Source: a virus
Length of the DNA: 64,000 nt
Strand: one strand, 5' to 3'
Virus genome (UHGV): UHGV-1363143
The first letter of the stretch is position 1; every line of letters starts with the position of its first letter. The translations under genes and the position numbers were made by a program. A model generated the notes under the pieces. The model made no database searches. It was not told the origin of the DNA and saw only the letters and a program-made list of their open reading frames with translations. This document shows positions 1-9,231 of the stretch, one piece after another.

Positions 1-136
1 ATTAACGAAGCTATCTTGATTCGTTGATTCTTTTATTAGTCTATTTTTTTCTTCTTTCATTATAACTAGTATTTCTTCTCTGCACATATCATAATTATAA
101 ATTTTAGCTGAATTATTATTTAAATCCATTCCTATC
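1..136 (-). CDS. hypothetical protein, partial; the start codon lies in the window and the gene continues past the window start
   Basis: ATG at 134-136 preceded by AAGGAG; the open frame (MIGMDLNNNSAKIYNYDMCREEILVIMKEEKNRLIKESTNQDSFVN...) runs off the window. Confidence 0.3.
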
Positions 137-141
137 ATATT

Positions 142-306
142 TTATTTCTCCTTATCTTTAATTACTGCATAATCAAGTCCACAAGTTGGACATGTAGCAA
201 ACATTATTAGTTCATTATTTACTTTTTCATAATAAGATACCTTTAAAGGCTTATTGCAAAAAAGGGCACAACGTAATCTCTTAAGTTTAATTATAAATTC
301 TATCAT
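142..306 (-). CDS. small zinc-ribbon protein (54 aa, CxxC...CPTC)
   Basis: manual translation MIEFIIKLKRLRCALFCNKPLKVSYYEKVNNELIMFATCPTCGLDYAVIKDKEK; two Cys pairs. Confidence 0.3.
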   Translation of the reverse strand: MIEFIIKLKRLRCALFCNKPLKVSYYEKVNNELIMFATCPTCGLDYAVIKDKEK

Positions 307-596
307 ATTATCTCCTAATCATACTCTGGTTCACCATATTCATACTTATCACAAGTTTCTGTATTAATACGATCTTCATAGTTATTCTTAGAACAAACGC
401 CAGTGCAAGTTCCAACTAAAATAAAGTGAACACATCTACCACATTGACCTTCACTGGCAAAATTACCACTTATATGAAACAAAACAAAATCACACTCCTT
501 ACAAAAGCAAAACAAGGAAAAGGGCAGAAGAACCCAAAACCAAGATTATTAATAGCTAAAAAGACGTACCCACAACAAAGCAGGCACGTCCAAAAA

Positions 597-1853
597 CTAC
601 ATTGCAGTGTCTAAGTATTCTTCATTATCACTATCTTCGATATCATGATCTTCAATATTACTTATTTCAAACTTCTTAGGCATATTTGAATATCTATATT
701 TTTTATATAGCCATTCAACACCTTTTGGAGTTACCTTTACAGTAATTCTGCTTGATTCATTATCTTCGTCAATAGGTTTAACTTCAAATAATCCTTGGCC
801 TATAAATCTTTGATATGGAGTATTTCTATCTTCTCCGCTAGAAATTAAAACGCCATCTCTTCTTAACCATGCTAATAATGTATTTCTACCTATTATAGTT
901 TTAGAAGTCGCTGTTCTTGGTATAGCTACCATTTTAGCAGCGGCAGAGAAGCTATATAATCCATCACTATTTATAAAGTCTTCATAGGCCATAAGCTTTG
1001 GAGCATTATCAACCTTTTCTCTCAATAATGCTTCTTTTTCTTCTTTTTCTTTTTTATAGTTTTCAAAAAGTTGTATAGCTGCATCTGGATCATTTAAGAA
1101 CTTCTCAACAGTAGAACCAGTAGCATAGAATCCATGTTGTCTTATATCAGGTAAAACTTCATCAAATACCCAAGATTCAAATTTTTGAGCAGCAGGTAAT
1201 TTAGATCCTGTTATTAATCTATAAATATCACCTTGAGGTATAATGATCATAGATTGTTTTCCACCTTTTGAAAGGATGTCGTGTTTCACGACTCCCTTAC
1301 AATGTCTAGCTATTGCATCTCTGTAATTGCTGTATCCAAGCGCCTTCGCAACGTCTTTTGCTACAGCATATTCTTTGTGGTTTATAGCTACAAACCTTAC
1401 TGTACCAAATATTTCATTTTCCTTAAGAATAACCTTACTTGGTTTACTGTCTAGTTTTATAACTTCAGTACTAACCATTATCTTCTTAGGTTTATTTGTT
1501 TTACGAGTTCTAGTTTTAGTCGCATTAGATTCAATAGAACCAACGCTACTAAGATATTCTATTATTTCAATAGTAGTATCATTAACTCTCATTCCTGATA
1601 CTATTTTAATTGCAGCTTCAACTGTTATATCATAATTTATAACAGGTCTACCTATAGTACTTTTATTAACTACAGTTGTAACATAATCTTTATTTGCTAT
1701 AAGATTTTCAGATTTAATCTTAGCTCTAATCCAAGTAGGGAAGTCCCTTCTTATATTTAAGCTACCATACAATTCTCTTGCATCTAGCATTTTTTCATTT
1801 CCTTCATTAAATATTTTTATAGTTCCTTCTTTTCTCATAATCAATTCCTCCAT
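597..1853 (-). CDS. phage antirepressor (AntA-like N-terminus, Bro-N domain, KilA-C-type C-terminus)
   Basis: N-terminal AntA-type region (IFNEGNEKMLDARELYGSLNIRRDFPTWI); Bro-N-like core (FGTVRFVAINHKEYAVAKDVAKALGY...IIPQGDIYRLITGSKLPAAQKFESWVFDEVLPDIRQHG); 418 aa. Confidence 0.8.
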   Translation of the reverse strand: MEELIMRKEGTIKIFNEGNEKMLDARELYGSLNIRRDFPTWIRAKIKSENLIANKDYVTTVVNKSTIGRPVINYDITVEAAIKIVSGMRVNDTTIEIIEYLSSVGSIESNATKTRTRKTNKPKKIMVSTEVIKLDSKPSKVILKENEIFGTVRFVAINHKEYAVAKDVAKALGYSNYRDAIARHCKGVVKHDILSKGGKQSMIIIPQGDIYRLITGSKLPAAQKFESWVFDEVLPDIRQHGFYATGSTVEKFLNDPDAAIQLFENYKKEKEEKEALLREKVDNAPKLMAYEDFINSDGLYSFSAAAKMVAIPRTATSKTIIGRNTLLAWLRRDGVLISSGEDRNTPYQRFIGQGLFEVKPIDEDNESSRITVKVTPKGVEWLYKKYRYSNMPKKFEISNIEDHDIEDSDNEEYLDTAM

Positions 1854-1893
1854 ATTCTTTGTATTTTTATATTATGTTGCGTTTTTAAAAAAG

Positions 1894-1933
1894 AATAATA
1901 AAAAGTCGATACTCTCCGAAAAAAGTACCGACT
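1894..1933 (-). terminator. rho-independent terminator downstream of rtcB and a small ORF
   Basis: 9-bp stem agtcgatac/gtaccgact with one mismatch, followed on the minus strand by TTTTATTAT. Confidence 0.5.
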
Positions 1934-2110
1934 TTATCATTATTTCTTAGTAAGAGTAATATCATATCCACAAAAAATTGCTATGACTAAAATCACAACA
2001 ATTAGCCATACTGCAATATCTAAGAATACAGCTCCTCCTTTGTAAGAGATTTCAAGACTCCAAATAGCTTCTAATATTATGTCAAACAAGTTATACATAG
2101 CTGTCTCCTT

Positions 2111-3325
2111 TTAGTGGGCCTTATAGTTATATATAGGCTTTATTATTTCAATATCATCTACAGTGTCAACTATGTTTTCTAGAATTTCTTCTATTGGTTT
2201 ATAAGCCATAGGAGCTTCATCAAGAGTTGATTCACATACAGAAGAAGAGTAGATATCTTTCATTGTATCTTTAAACTCTTCTATATTTAATAACTCTTTA
2301 GCTTGACTTCTAGAATATAATCTTCCTGCTCCATGTGGAGCAGAGTAGTTCCATTCTGGATTACCTTTTCCTACAGCTATAATAGATCCATCTCTCATGT
2401 TGATAGGAATCAACACGACTTCGCCATCAGCAGCACTAATTGCTCCTTTTCTTAATATAGGATAACATCCTGTTTTAGAAGTAACATCACAATCAACTTC
2501 AATATAGTTATGAATAGTGTGAAAAGATCTACCTGTTTTTAATTCCATTTTTTCAATAATAATATCCGCTATAGCTTCTCTATTCATTTGAGCATACCAT
2601 TGAGCTATTTTCATATCATGAAGATAGTCATCATAGTTTTTTCCTGCAAGATAACATAATGAATCTGGTATTTTAGGTCCATCTAAGAGCTTTAAAGCTA
2701 CTTGAAGTTCTTTTTCTCTTCCTTCAAGTTTGTATTGAGAGATTATTTTAGCTTTCTCATGTTTATTATCGTTTATAGTTTTAATAGCTAATTTTTGATA
2801 ATACTCAGCTACTTGCTTACCTAGATATCTAGAACCAGAATGAACCACTAAATATAAGTTGCCGTTAGCATCTTTATTTAGCTCTATAAAATGATTTCCG
2901 CCTCCTAGAGTACCTATTGACTTTCTAGCTCTATCTAAATTAATTTGAGACTTGCAAAGTAATTCATTTAAATTTACATACCTATTATAATTATGATCTT
3001 TACTCCTTATGCTCTGCCCTGAAGGAATATATTTTTTAATAACTTCATCTAAAGCTTTTAAATCAATTTCCTTATCTTTTAGTTGTACGCAGAACATTCC
3101 ACATCCTATGTCTACACCTACTAAGTTAGGAACGACTTTACCATGTAAAGTCATTGTTGTTCCTATAGTACATCCAGCACCAGCATGAGTATCAGGCATT
3201 ATTGCAATGTTTGAATCTTTAGCGAACTCTTGATTACACAATTCGATTATTTGAGAGATTGCTAAAGATTCTATATTATCTGTAAATACTTTTGCTTCAT
3301 TATATTTTCCTTGTAATTTAATCAT
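2111..3325 (-). CDS. rtcB: RNA-splicing ligase RtcB (3'-phosphate/5'-OH RNA ligase)
   Basis: RtcB hallmark motifs MPDTHAGAGCTIGTT, GGGNHFIE, APHGAGR; 404 aa. Confidence 0.9.
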   Translation of the reverse strand: MIKLQGKYNEAKVFTDNIESLAISQIIELCNQEFAKDSNIAIMPDTHAGAGCTIGTTMTLHGKVVPNLVGVDIGCGMFCVQLKDKEIDLKALDEVIKKYIPSGQSIRSKDHNYNRYVNLNELLCKSQINLDRARKSIGTLGGGNHFIELNKDANGNLYLVVHSGSRYLGKQVAEYYQKLAIKTINDNKHEKAKIISQYKLEGREKELQVALKLLDGPKIPDSLCYLAGKNYDDYLHDMKIAQWYAQMNREAIADIIIEKMELKTGRSFHTIHNYIEVDCDVTSKTGCYPILRKGAISAADGEVVLIPINMRDGSIIAVGKGNPEWNYSAPHGAGRLYSRSQAKELLNIEEFKDTMKDIYSSSVCESTLDEAPMAYKPIEEILENIVDTVDDIEIIKPIYNYKAH

Positions 3326-3343
3326 ATATATCCTCCTAAGATA

Positions 3344-6300
3344 TTAATTTAATGATTGTACTAATATTTGATAAGTCCATAATATTCTAGCGAAATATTC
3401 ATATCTAACTTGAGGATATGGTATTATTCCACTTTCAGAAACATACTGCTTAATGTATGGAGCAAATTCTCCACCTGTCATAGGGGATAGGGAATATTTT
3501 TTAATTGTATTTGAAACTGTTCCTTGTCCACTATTATATCCGTAAAGAGTAATTGGCCATGTTCCCCATTCTTTACCTCTTAACGCCATTATGTCCTTAC
3601 GTTTACCCATTAAGTGATCTATTGATCCACTTACTTGAGTCTTGAAGTATTCAGTTGCTTCTGCTGAACCAGGTTTTACATTAGTAGATAATGATGCTCC
3701 ACCTGAGCCTGGAGCTAATTGTAGAAGTCCTGGATCTGGTCCACCAGCATGAGGATTACCACCAGCTTCGACTCCTGACAATGCCAGCATCATGTATGGA
3801 TCAATCTCTACTCCATATTGTTTACTCTTTTCTGCACATACACTTGCAAAGATAGGTGCATAGTTCCACTTTTGATTATTAGTGATAACTCCGTTTGCCC
3901 AACTTTGAGCTCTAGATTTAATATTATCTCTTAAATCACTTGGAAGCTTTTGAATATCTGGATCAAATGAATCTGCAGCTGTTGCCGATATAGCATTTTT
4001 ATCTGCTTCAACAAGTTCTTTAGGTCTACCAAAAGCAAATATTCTTTTATCCCAATTCTTTGTAGGAGATTTTTTAAGATGCTCAGTTATAGGTGCATTA
4101 TTAGTAGAAGCGTGAATGTATTCTCCGTTTCCTATATATATACCTACATGTCCTATTTGACTTAAAGAAGCTTTAGCTAATTCTTCTTGAGTGCTTGGTT
4201 TTGGCTCTTGTGAAGTAAACCATACTAAATCTCCAGGCAATGCTTTATCTTCTTCAGTATGAGGTATAATGATTCCTCCAGTAGAAGGCAAGCATAATGG
4301 ATATTCAGATGATGTATTACCAGCTATACTTGTTAAACCAGCATGTTTATATGCAGCTTCTGCAAAAGAAGAACAGTCCCAATAATGAATGCCATTTACG
4401 GCATTGTCATTATGACTATATCGTGTCGGACCATTAGCGCTATTGGTATTCATAGTATATCTACCTTTACCGTCTTTACATAGCTTAAGTCCATTTTCAA
4501 CATATTCAACTATTTTCTTTCTTATTGCAGCCCCGCCTCCATATAGTCCAGAAACACTTAAATCGCTTTCAGTACCGAAGTCCTCAAAGCTATAATTATT
4601 AGAATCATATTTTAGAGTTTCATATGCTTCTGTTTCTTCAACTACATTTTTGAATTCATCTTCTATAACAGGTTCATTTTCTTTTTCGACTACAGGTTTA
4701 ACTGCTTGGATTCCTTCTGTTTTGTATTCCGCAACATTATGTCTTTGTGCTTCAAGTGGAGTAGGGTTCCAATCCATTTTAAAACCTTCCTCAAAAATCT
4801 CATTAAAAGGCTTAGGTGGAGTAGCTTCAGTATTTAACTTAGCTGGTTCTCTTTCGACATGCATTTCTTCGGTTCTTGTGAAGTCTATATATTCTCCCAT
4901 ACTCATATAGCTCATTTGAATATCATCTAATACTTGAGCAACATTAGCTCCAGTATCGTCTAATATAGCATATACTTGACCAAGTATAGGTTCATATCTA
5001 GTACATGATAAGCATTGGTCTAAAGTCATACTTTGACCATCATTAATTCTGTCATTATGAAGACATCTTATACATTTATATTTACCATAAACATCTTGAC
5101 CTCCATAATATACACAATTAACTTGCATTCTAGATGCTGTCCTAAATAAATTTCTCATTACAGTTGAAAGAATATTTTCTAGTTTAACTAGTCTTCTTTC
5201 AGTTCTTTTGGCCATAGTAATGATTTCATCTTGTACCATAGCAAAATTCTTTGCTACCTCAGGCCCAATGATTGAGTCTGGGTGATTACAGTCATGTAAA
5301 TTAAATGCTACTTCATCAATCTTTACTTTAGGCATATGACTTTCTAACTCTTTTATCTTGTCGTCAGTAGGGAATGGATCGTTATTATTTACAGGTTTCC
5401 CTTCAATTTTTTTAACAGCACCAACATAATCTTTTATGTTAAAGGCTTTCTCACGATTATCAAATTCCTCAACAGACAATGGAACAGAGTTAGATTGAAT
5501 AGGTTTACTCTCTGTACTAGAGTTTAATAAAGTAATAGTTCCTCCAGGGGGAACTGCTAGATCAGGGTATATTGGTTCAACCTCAAGATTATTAGGAGTT
5601 ACTTTACCTGTTAAGGTATCAAAAGCTCTGCTACAATGACTAGATGAAGGAGGGGCATTTTCAACAACAGAATAAGTAAAAACATTATTTTGTTTTGTAG
5701 TAAAGTCTTTAATATCTCCTGGATCATTTGATTTGAATTGAACTATTTTTTCAATATCTCTATGATCTGGTTCAAAGCCTTTAGCATACTTATCCGCATC
5801 TTGTCCATATTTCAAATAGAATTTCCTAACTTCTTCGTCAGTATATGAAGTGTCAGCATTTTCAAGATCTTCATCCTCATAATCCTCATCCTTTATAGCC
5901 TTATATGTATCTTCTAATAATTCAATAAAGTGTCTCCATTTATCTTTTTCAAGTAAATATAGTGGGGAAGGGGATCTATTTAAATCAAATGCTCTCATCA
6001 CATCATCTGGTGAAAGTTCATTCTTTATTAAATAATCAGCAATGAATTTAATAGTTTTTCTTTCTATATCTTCATACTTAGAATCTTTAGGAATTACTAT
6101 TAATATTGATATAGATTCTTCATTTGCCTTGTTATTATAAAGTGCCCTATTAATAAAAGTATTTTTTCCTTCTATAATGTGTTGTGTTTGCTTGTTATCT
6201 GGAACACAATTCATAATATCCTTATCATCAATAATAAAATGATATCCTTTTTCAGATTTAAACTCGTCATCATCAGCTATAATTATTGCACTTTTAGTAA

Positions 6301-6448
6301 ATACAGTGTCTTCCTTATATTCAAATAAATCTGACCTGCAATGAATAGTAATACCTTTTACTTTTTCAAGATCTTTAAGTTTTTTTATTTGTGATTCATC
6401 TGCAATACTATCTGTAATTTCTATATCAATCATTGCTAACGCCTCCAT
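3344..6448 (-). CDS. large multi-domain peptidoglycan hydrolase: amidase-like N-terminus, NlpC/P60 endopeptidase and lytic-transglycosylase (SLT) domains
   Basis: NlpC/P60 region GIHYWDCSSFAEAAYKHAGL...GDLVWF...IGHVGIYIGNGEYIHAS; SLT-like LALSGVEAGGNP...GLLQLAPG; N-terminal GITIHCRSD...GYHFIIDDKD resembles an Amidase_2 domain; Cys-rich central segment; 1034 aa. Confidence 0.7.
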   Translation of the reverse strand: MEALAMIDIEITDSIADESQIKKLKDLEKVKGITIHCRSDLFEYKEDTVFTKSAIIIADDDEFKSEKGYHFIIDDKDIMNCVPDNKQTQHIIEGKNTFINRALYNNKANEESISILIVIPKDSKYEDIERKTIKFIADYLIKNELSPDDVMRAFDLNRSPSPLYLLEKDKWRHFIELLEDTYKAIKDEDYEDEDLENADTSYTDEEVRKFYLKYGQDADKYAKGFEPDHRDIEKIVQFKSNDPGDIKDFTTKQNNVFTYSVVENAPPSSSHCSRAFDTLTGKVTPNNLEVEPIYPDLAVPPGGTITLLNSSTESKPIQSNSVPLSVEEFDNREKAFNIKDYVGAVKKIEGKPVNNNDPFPTDDKIKELESHMPKVKIDEVAFNLHDCNHPDSIIGPEVAKNFAMVQDEIITMAKRTERRLVKLENILSTVMRNLFRTASRMQVNCVYYGGQDVYGKYKCIRCLHNDRINDGQSMTLDQCLSCTRYEPILGQVYAILDDTGANVAQVLDDIQMSYMSMGEYIDFTRTEEMHVEREPAKLNTEATPPKPFNEIFEEGFKMDWNPTPLEAQRHNVAEYKTEGIQAVKPVVEKENEPVIEDEFKNVVEETEAYETLKYDSNNYSFEDFGTESDLSVSGLYGGGAAIRKKIVEYVENGLKLCKDGKGRYTMNTNSANGPTRYSHNDNAVNGIHYWDCSSFAEAAYKHAGLTSIAGNTSSEYPLCLPSTGGIIIPHTEEDKALPGDLVWFTSQEPKPSTQEELAKASLSQIGHVGIYIGNGEYIHASTNNAPITEHLKKSPTKNWDKRIFAFGRPKELVEADKNAISATAADSFDPDIQKLPSDLRDNIKSRAQSWANGVITNNQKWNYAPIFASVCAEKSKQYGVEIDPYMMLALSGVEAGGNPHAGGPDPGLLQLAPGSGGASLSTNVKPGSAEATEYFKTQVSGSIDHLMGKRKDIMALRGKEWGTWPITLYGYNSGQGTVSNTIKKYSLSPMTGGEFAPYIKQYVSESGIIPYPQVRYEYFARILWTYQILVQSLN

Positions 6449-6788
6449 TATAAGAACTATATAAGTCTTGTATCATTTCATTTTCTTCATCAGGTCGAGG
6501 ATCATACTTCCCAGCAACCTTTCTGTCTAGAATAGTGCTTCCTAACATTTGTCTAGTTGCATCTCGAAGCATTCTCTTATAATCAGCTTCACTTTGAGCA
6601 GCATTGATTCTTGAGTAATCCCATGTTTCTTCTTTCTGTTTATCTTTCAATTCCTTATAAACAGTGGCTTTTATTCTAACTCCATCTACATCATCTATGT
6701 AGTAGTAGTCACCTGGTCCTATCAGTTCACCTGATACATCACACTTCATTAACTCATTAAAGCGAGTGTTTCTTTTTAACCATAACAT
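6426..6788 (-). CDS. hypothetical protein
   Basis: 120-aa ORF in the operon frame; no recognisable motif. Confidence 0.35.
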   Translation of the reverse strand: MLWLKRNTRFNELMKCDVSGELIGPGDYYYIDDVDGVRIKATVYKELKDKQKEETWDYSRINAAQSEADYKRMLRDATRQMLGSTILDRKVAGKYDPRPDEENEMIQDLYSSYNGGVSND

Positions 6789-6855
6789 TTTTTGTCCTCC
6801 TTCAATGTAATTTATATCATACTATAAATTATGTTTTATTTTGCAATTTAAGCTA

Positions 6856-6950
6856 CAATATATATTACGTTGTATATCATAATATATATTACATTTAATA
6901 TAACAACATATATTAGATTATAAAATGCAATATATAATATGTTTCCTATT
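6856..6950. repeat. array of about four imperfect 22-24 bp AT-rich direct repeats with core AATATATATTA (iteron or dif-like site)
   Basis: caatatatattacgttgtatat / cataatatatattacatttaatat / caacatatattagattataaaatg / gcaatatataatatg; 13/18 match to the central TATATA-TTA region of a Firmicute dif site as recalled from memory; the array lies beside a Xer-like recombinase gene. Confidence 0.45.
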
Positions 6951-7239
6951 AGCTTATATAATAGAAAAAACCCACAACTTAAATTAGTTGCAGGTCATTC
7001 AGGAGATTCGATTTTGTTATTTTCATGGTACATATTGAACAGTTTAATGTCATATTCAGGACTATGTACGTGGGAGCACCAACCGTTCAGTGCCCCCTAT
7101 ATTTACGGAGGTAATATATGAAAAAGAAAAACTGTAAGGGTAGGGAATACAATGGGTACAGGAGGTGTTTGTTCCATGTATCCCTGAGGAAGTTTTACAT
7201 TTATATATTATGTTATCTATGAATAATAGACTACTAATC

Positions 7240-7437
7240 TTAAAGTTTTTCAACAATTTTATTTAAGAAATTTGAAATTTCATCACATTCCAAAACTATA
7301 GAATTACATACATTCTTTTGATTATTTCCAACGTCTTCGGATAATTTAGCGAATGCAGTAGATATTCTATTTAGTGTTTTTATATATTCATTTATTTTTT
7401 TATATTCAAGATTTTTTAATAAAATATACTTACTCAT
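7240..7437 (-). CDS. hypothetical small protein
   Basis: 65-aa ORF immediately downstream of the recombinase gene. Confidence 0.3.
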   Translation of the reverse strand: MSKYILLKNLEYKKINEYIKTLNRISTAFAKLSEDVGNNQKNVCNSIVLECDEISNFLNKIVEKL

Positions 7438-7475
7438 ATTGCATTCCTCCTAGTGTATTTACTATATTAATACAC

Positions 7476-7503
7476 ATAAAAAAAGCACTAATACAATAGT
7501 GCT
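7476..7503 (-). terminator. rho-independent terminator after the recombinase gene
   Basis: stem agcacta/tagtgct with a 6-nt loop, followed by TTTTTTTAT on the minus strand. Confidence 0.55.
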
Positions 7504-7506
7504 TAA

Positions 7507-8472
7507 TTAATAATTTAATGGATTTAATTTAACAGTTTCTCTTAATTGCTCTTCATCAACATGAGTATATATTTGAGTAGTCGCAACACTTTCATGCCCT
7601 AAGATAAGCTGTAAGCTTCTAATATCAGCTCCATTTTTATACATTAGGGTAGCAGCAGTATGTCTTAGTTTATGAACAGAATACTTCTGTGATAATCCAG
7701 CTTTCTCTAAAGCATTGTTTACAATGTCTTCGACAGCCCTTTTACTTATTCTTCTTTTCTGTTCACTAATAAATAATGCATCCTTACTATCTTCTTTAAT
7801 TTCTTTCTCTATCTTTTTTCTAACCTTTTTATAGCTTTTTATAGCATCTAAGCAAGCATCATTCAGATAGACAAATCTCTGTTTATTACCTTTACCAGTT
7901 ACAACAAGAGTGTCACCTTTAATAGAAGATATATTGATTCCACACAGTTCAGATAATCTCATTCCAGTGTTAAGAAAAACAGTAATAATACATCTATCTC
8001 TTATTGTGTTTCTGCTATCAACTGAATTTATCAGTGTTCTGCTTTCTAAAACAGTTAGATAGATAGGTAATTTCTTTCTAATCTTTGGACTCTCAAGTTC
8101 GGTCCCTAAATCATAATCCAGGTATTTAGCTTTATTATGACAATATTTAAAGAAAGACTTTAGGCAAGCTACCTTTCTAGCTCTTGTAGTTCCTTCATTC
8201 TTTCTGTTATTTTCAAGATATTCTAAAAAACTATAAATATCAGCTAAGTCTATTTCTTTAAGAAAAGAAATATCTACATCCATAATAGAGATCTCGTGGA
8301 AAGGAGTAATTTCATCAACTTTGCCATAATATATTTTTAAAAATCTAAAAAATAAAATCAAATCATTCTTATAAGCATCTACAGTTTGCTTACTTGCACC
8401 TCTAATAGAAGAGAGGTAGCTTAAATAACCTTTAATTACTTTTGGGACATTGGTTTTTGGCTTGCGTATCAA
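7507..8472 (-). CDS. tyrosine site-specific recombinase, XerC/XerD-like (integrase or resolvase)
   Basis: C-terminal catalytic region HKLRHTAATLMYKNGADIRSLQLILGHESVATTQIYTHV (R..H..Y of tyrosine recombinases, very Xer-like); N-terminal SAM-like domain; 321 aa. Confidence 0.85.
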   Translation of the reverse strand: MIRKPKTNVPKVIKGYLSYLSSIRGASKQTVDAYKNDLILFFRFLKIYYGKVDEITPFHEISIMDVDISFLKEIDLADIYSFLEYLENNRKNEGTTRARKVACLKSFFKYCHNKAKYLDYDLGTELESPKIRKKLPIYLTVLESRTLINSVDSRNTIRDRCIITVFLNTGMRLSELCGINISSIKGDTLVVTGKGNKQRFVYLNDACLDAIKSYKKVRKKIEKEIKEDSKDALFISEQKRRISKRAVEDIVNNALEKAGLSQKYSVHKLRHTAATLMYKNGADIRSLQLILGHESVATTQIYTHVDEEQLRETVKLNPLNY

Positions 8473-8538
8473 TAAAACCCCCTCCTTATCTATATGATAA
8501 TATCATTGTAAATAAAAAACAAGTAGGAGAGTAGAGTA

Positions 8539-9231
8539 TTAACTAGCAACACTTTCTTTATCTTCTTTTTTCTTATAAAGTTTTTTTGGCCATCCATTAA
8601 TCATAAAAGCAGGAGTATACCATATATCCTTACATTCTACCAAAAGACTATTACCTAATATAACATAAGCAGGTATTCCTAGTAAACTAAGTTGTATGTA
8701 AGTCATCATAACACAAGTTCTGTCAATATCCTGTGCGGTAATAAGAAGATGTTTTTGACAATCAAATCCAGCTTCCTCCATAGCTTCAGCAAATGCTATG
8801 CACATACCACCGCCTCCTGAGCATGGCTCATTCATTGTTATATATCCTTTTTTATTTATTAACTTTGACATTCCATCTTTATCTACTGTCATTTTTGCCA
8901 TCATTTGGCTTATACTGTAAGGAGTGAAGAATTGACCTCCACATTTCTTACCAAGATCCATTTGCATATAAACTTCACCAAGTAAATCTGTTTTCTTTGC
9001 ATTAAGTCCTTTAGCTAGCTCAGCAAGTATTTCTACAAATGTATAGAAATCTTCTTTAGAATATTTTGATTGAACTTCATAGAAATATTTTTCTCTTTCC
9101 TCAGAATGAATAAAATCAACTTGATTACTTAATGAAACTGAAGCAATAACTAAAAAATCATAAAATACACTAGACATATCATATTTGTATCTGAACTTTT
9201 CAAATAATTTAATAATCTTTTTAGAATACAT
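8539..9231 (-). CDS. HsdM-like N6-adenine methyltransferase fragment: AdoMet-binding half without the catalytic (D/N)PP(Y/F) motif
   Basis: GQFFTP motif followed by motif I NEPCSGGGGM and ITAQDIDRT...VILGNSLL, but the protein ends at 230 aa with no NPPF/NPPY. Confidence 0.45.
   Translation of the reverse strand: MYSKKIIKLFEKFRYKYDMSSVFYDFLVIASVSLSNQVDFIHSEEREKYFYEVQSKYSKEDFYTFVEILAELAKGLNAKKTDLLGEVYMQMDLGKKCGGQFFTPYSISQMMAKMTVDKDGMSKLINKKGYITMNEPCSGGGGMCIAFAEAMEEAGFDCQKHLLITAQDIDRTCVMMTYIQLSLLGIPAYVILGNSLLVECKDIWYTPAFMINGWPKKLYKKKEDKESVAS

Noticed and set aside
1327-1635. Plus-strand ORFs in the track (for example 1327-1635, 4650-4910, 9614-9865, 21876-22151, 22788-23257, 29603-29959, 33821-34084, 38819-39115, 42415-43220, 43564-44283, 59660-60460)
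   Set aside because: All are antisense shadows lying inside long, motif-supported minus-strand genes. Their translations are low-complexity Leu/Ser/Phe-rich with no motifs. The 59660-60460 set is an artefact of the GC-rich Pro/Ala codons of the minus-strand gene.
6950-7250. Possible tRNA or tRNA fragment next to the recombinase gene
   Set aside because: I searched both strands by eye for a T-arm (GTTCRANYC) with a matching acceptor stem and found none. This could not be excluded without tRNAscan, so it is mentioned only as something to check.
6939-7256. ORFs 6939-7121 (+) and 7062-7256 (-) in the recombinase-proximal non-coding island
   Set aside because: No ribosome-binding site. They cross the GC-rich hairpin and the AT repeats. 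The region is better explained as a recombination/origin site or structured RNA.
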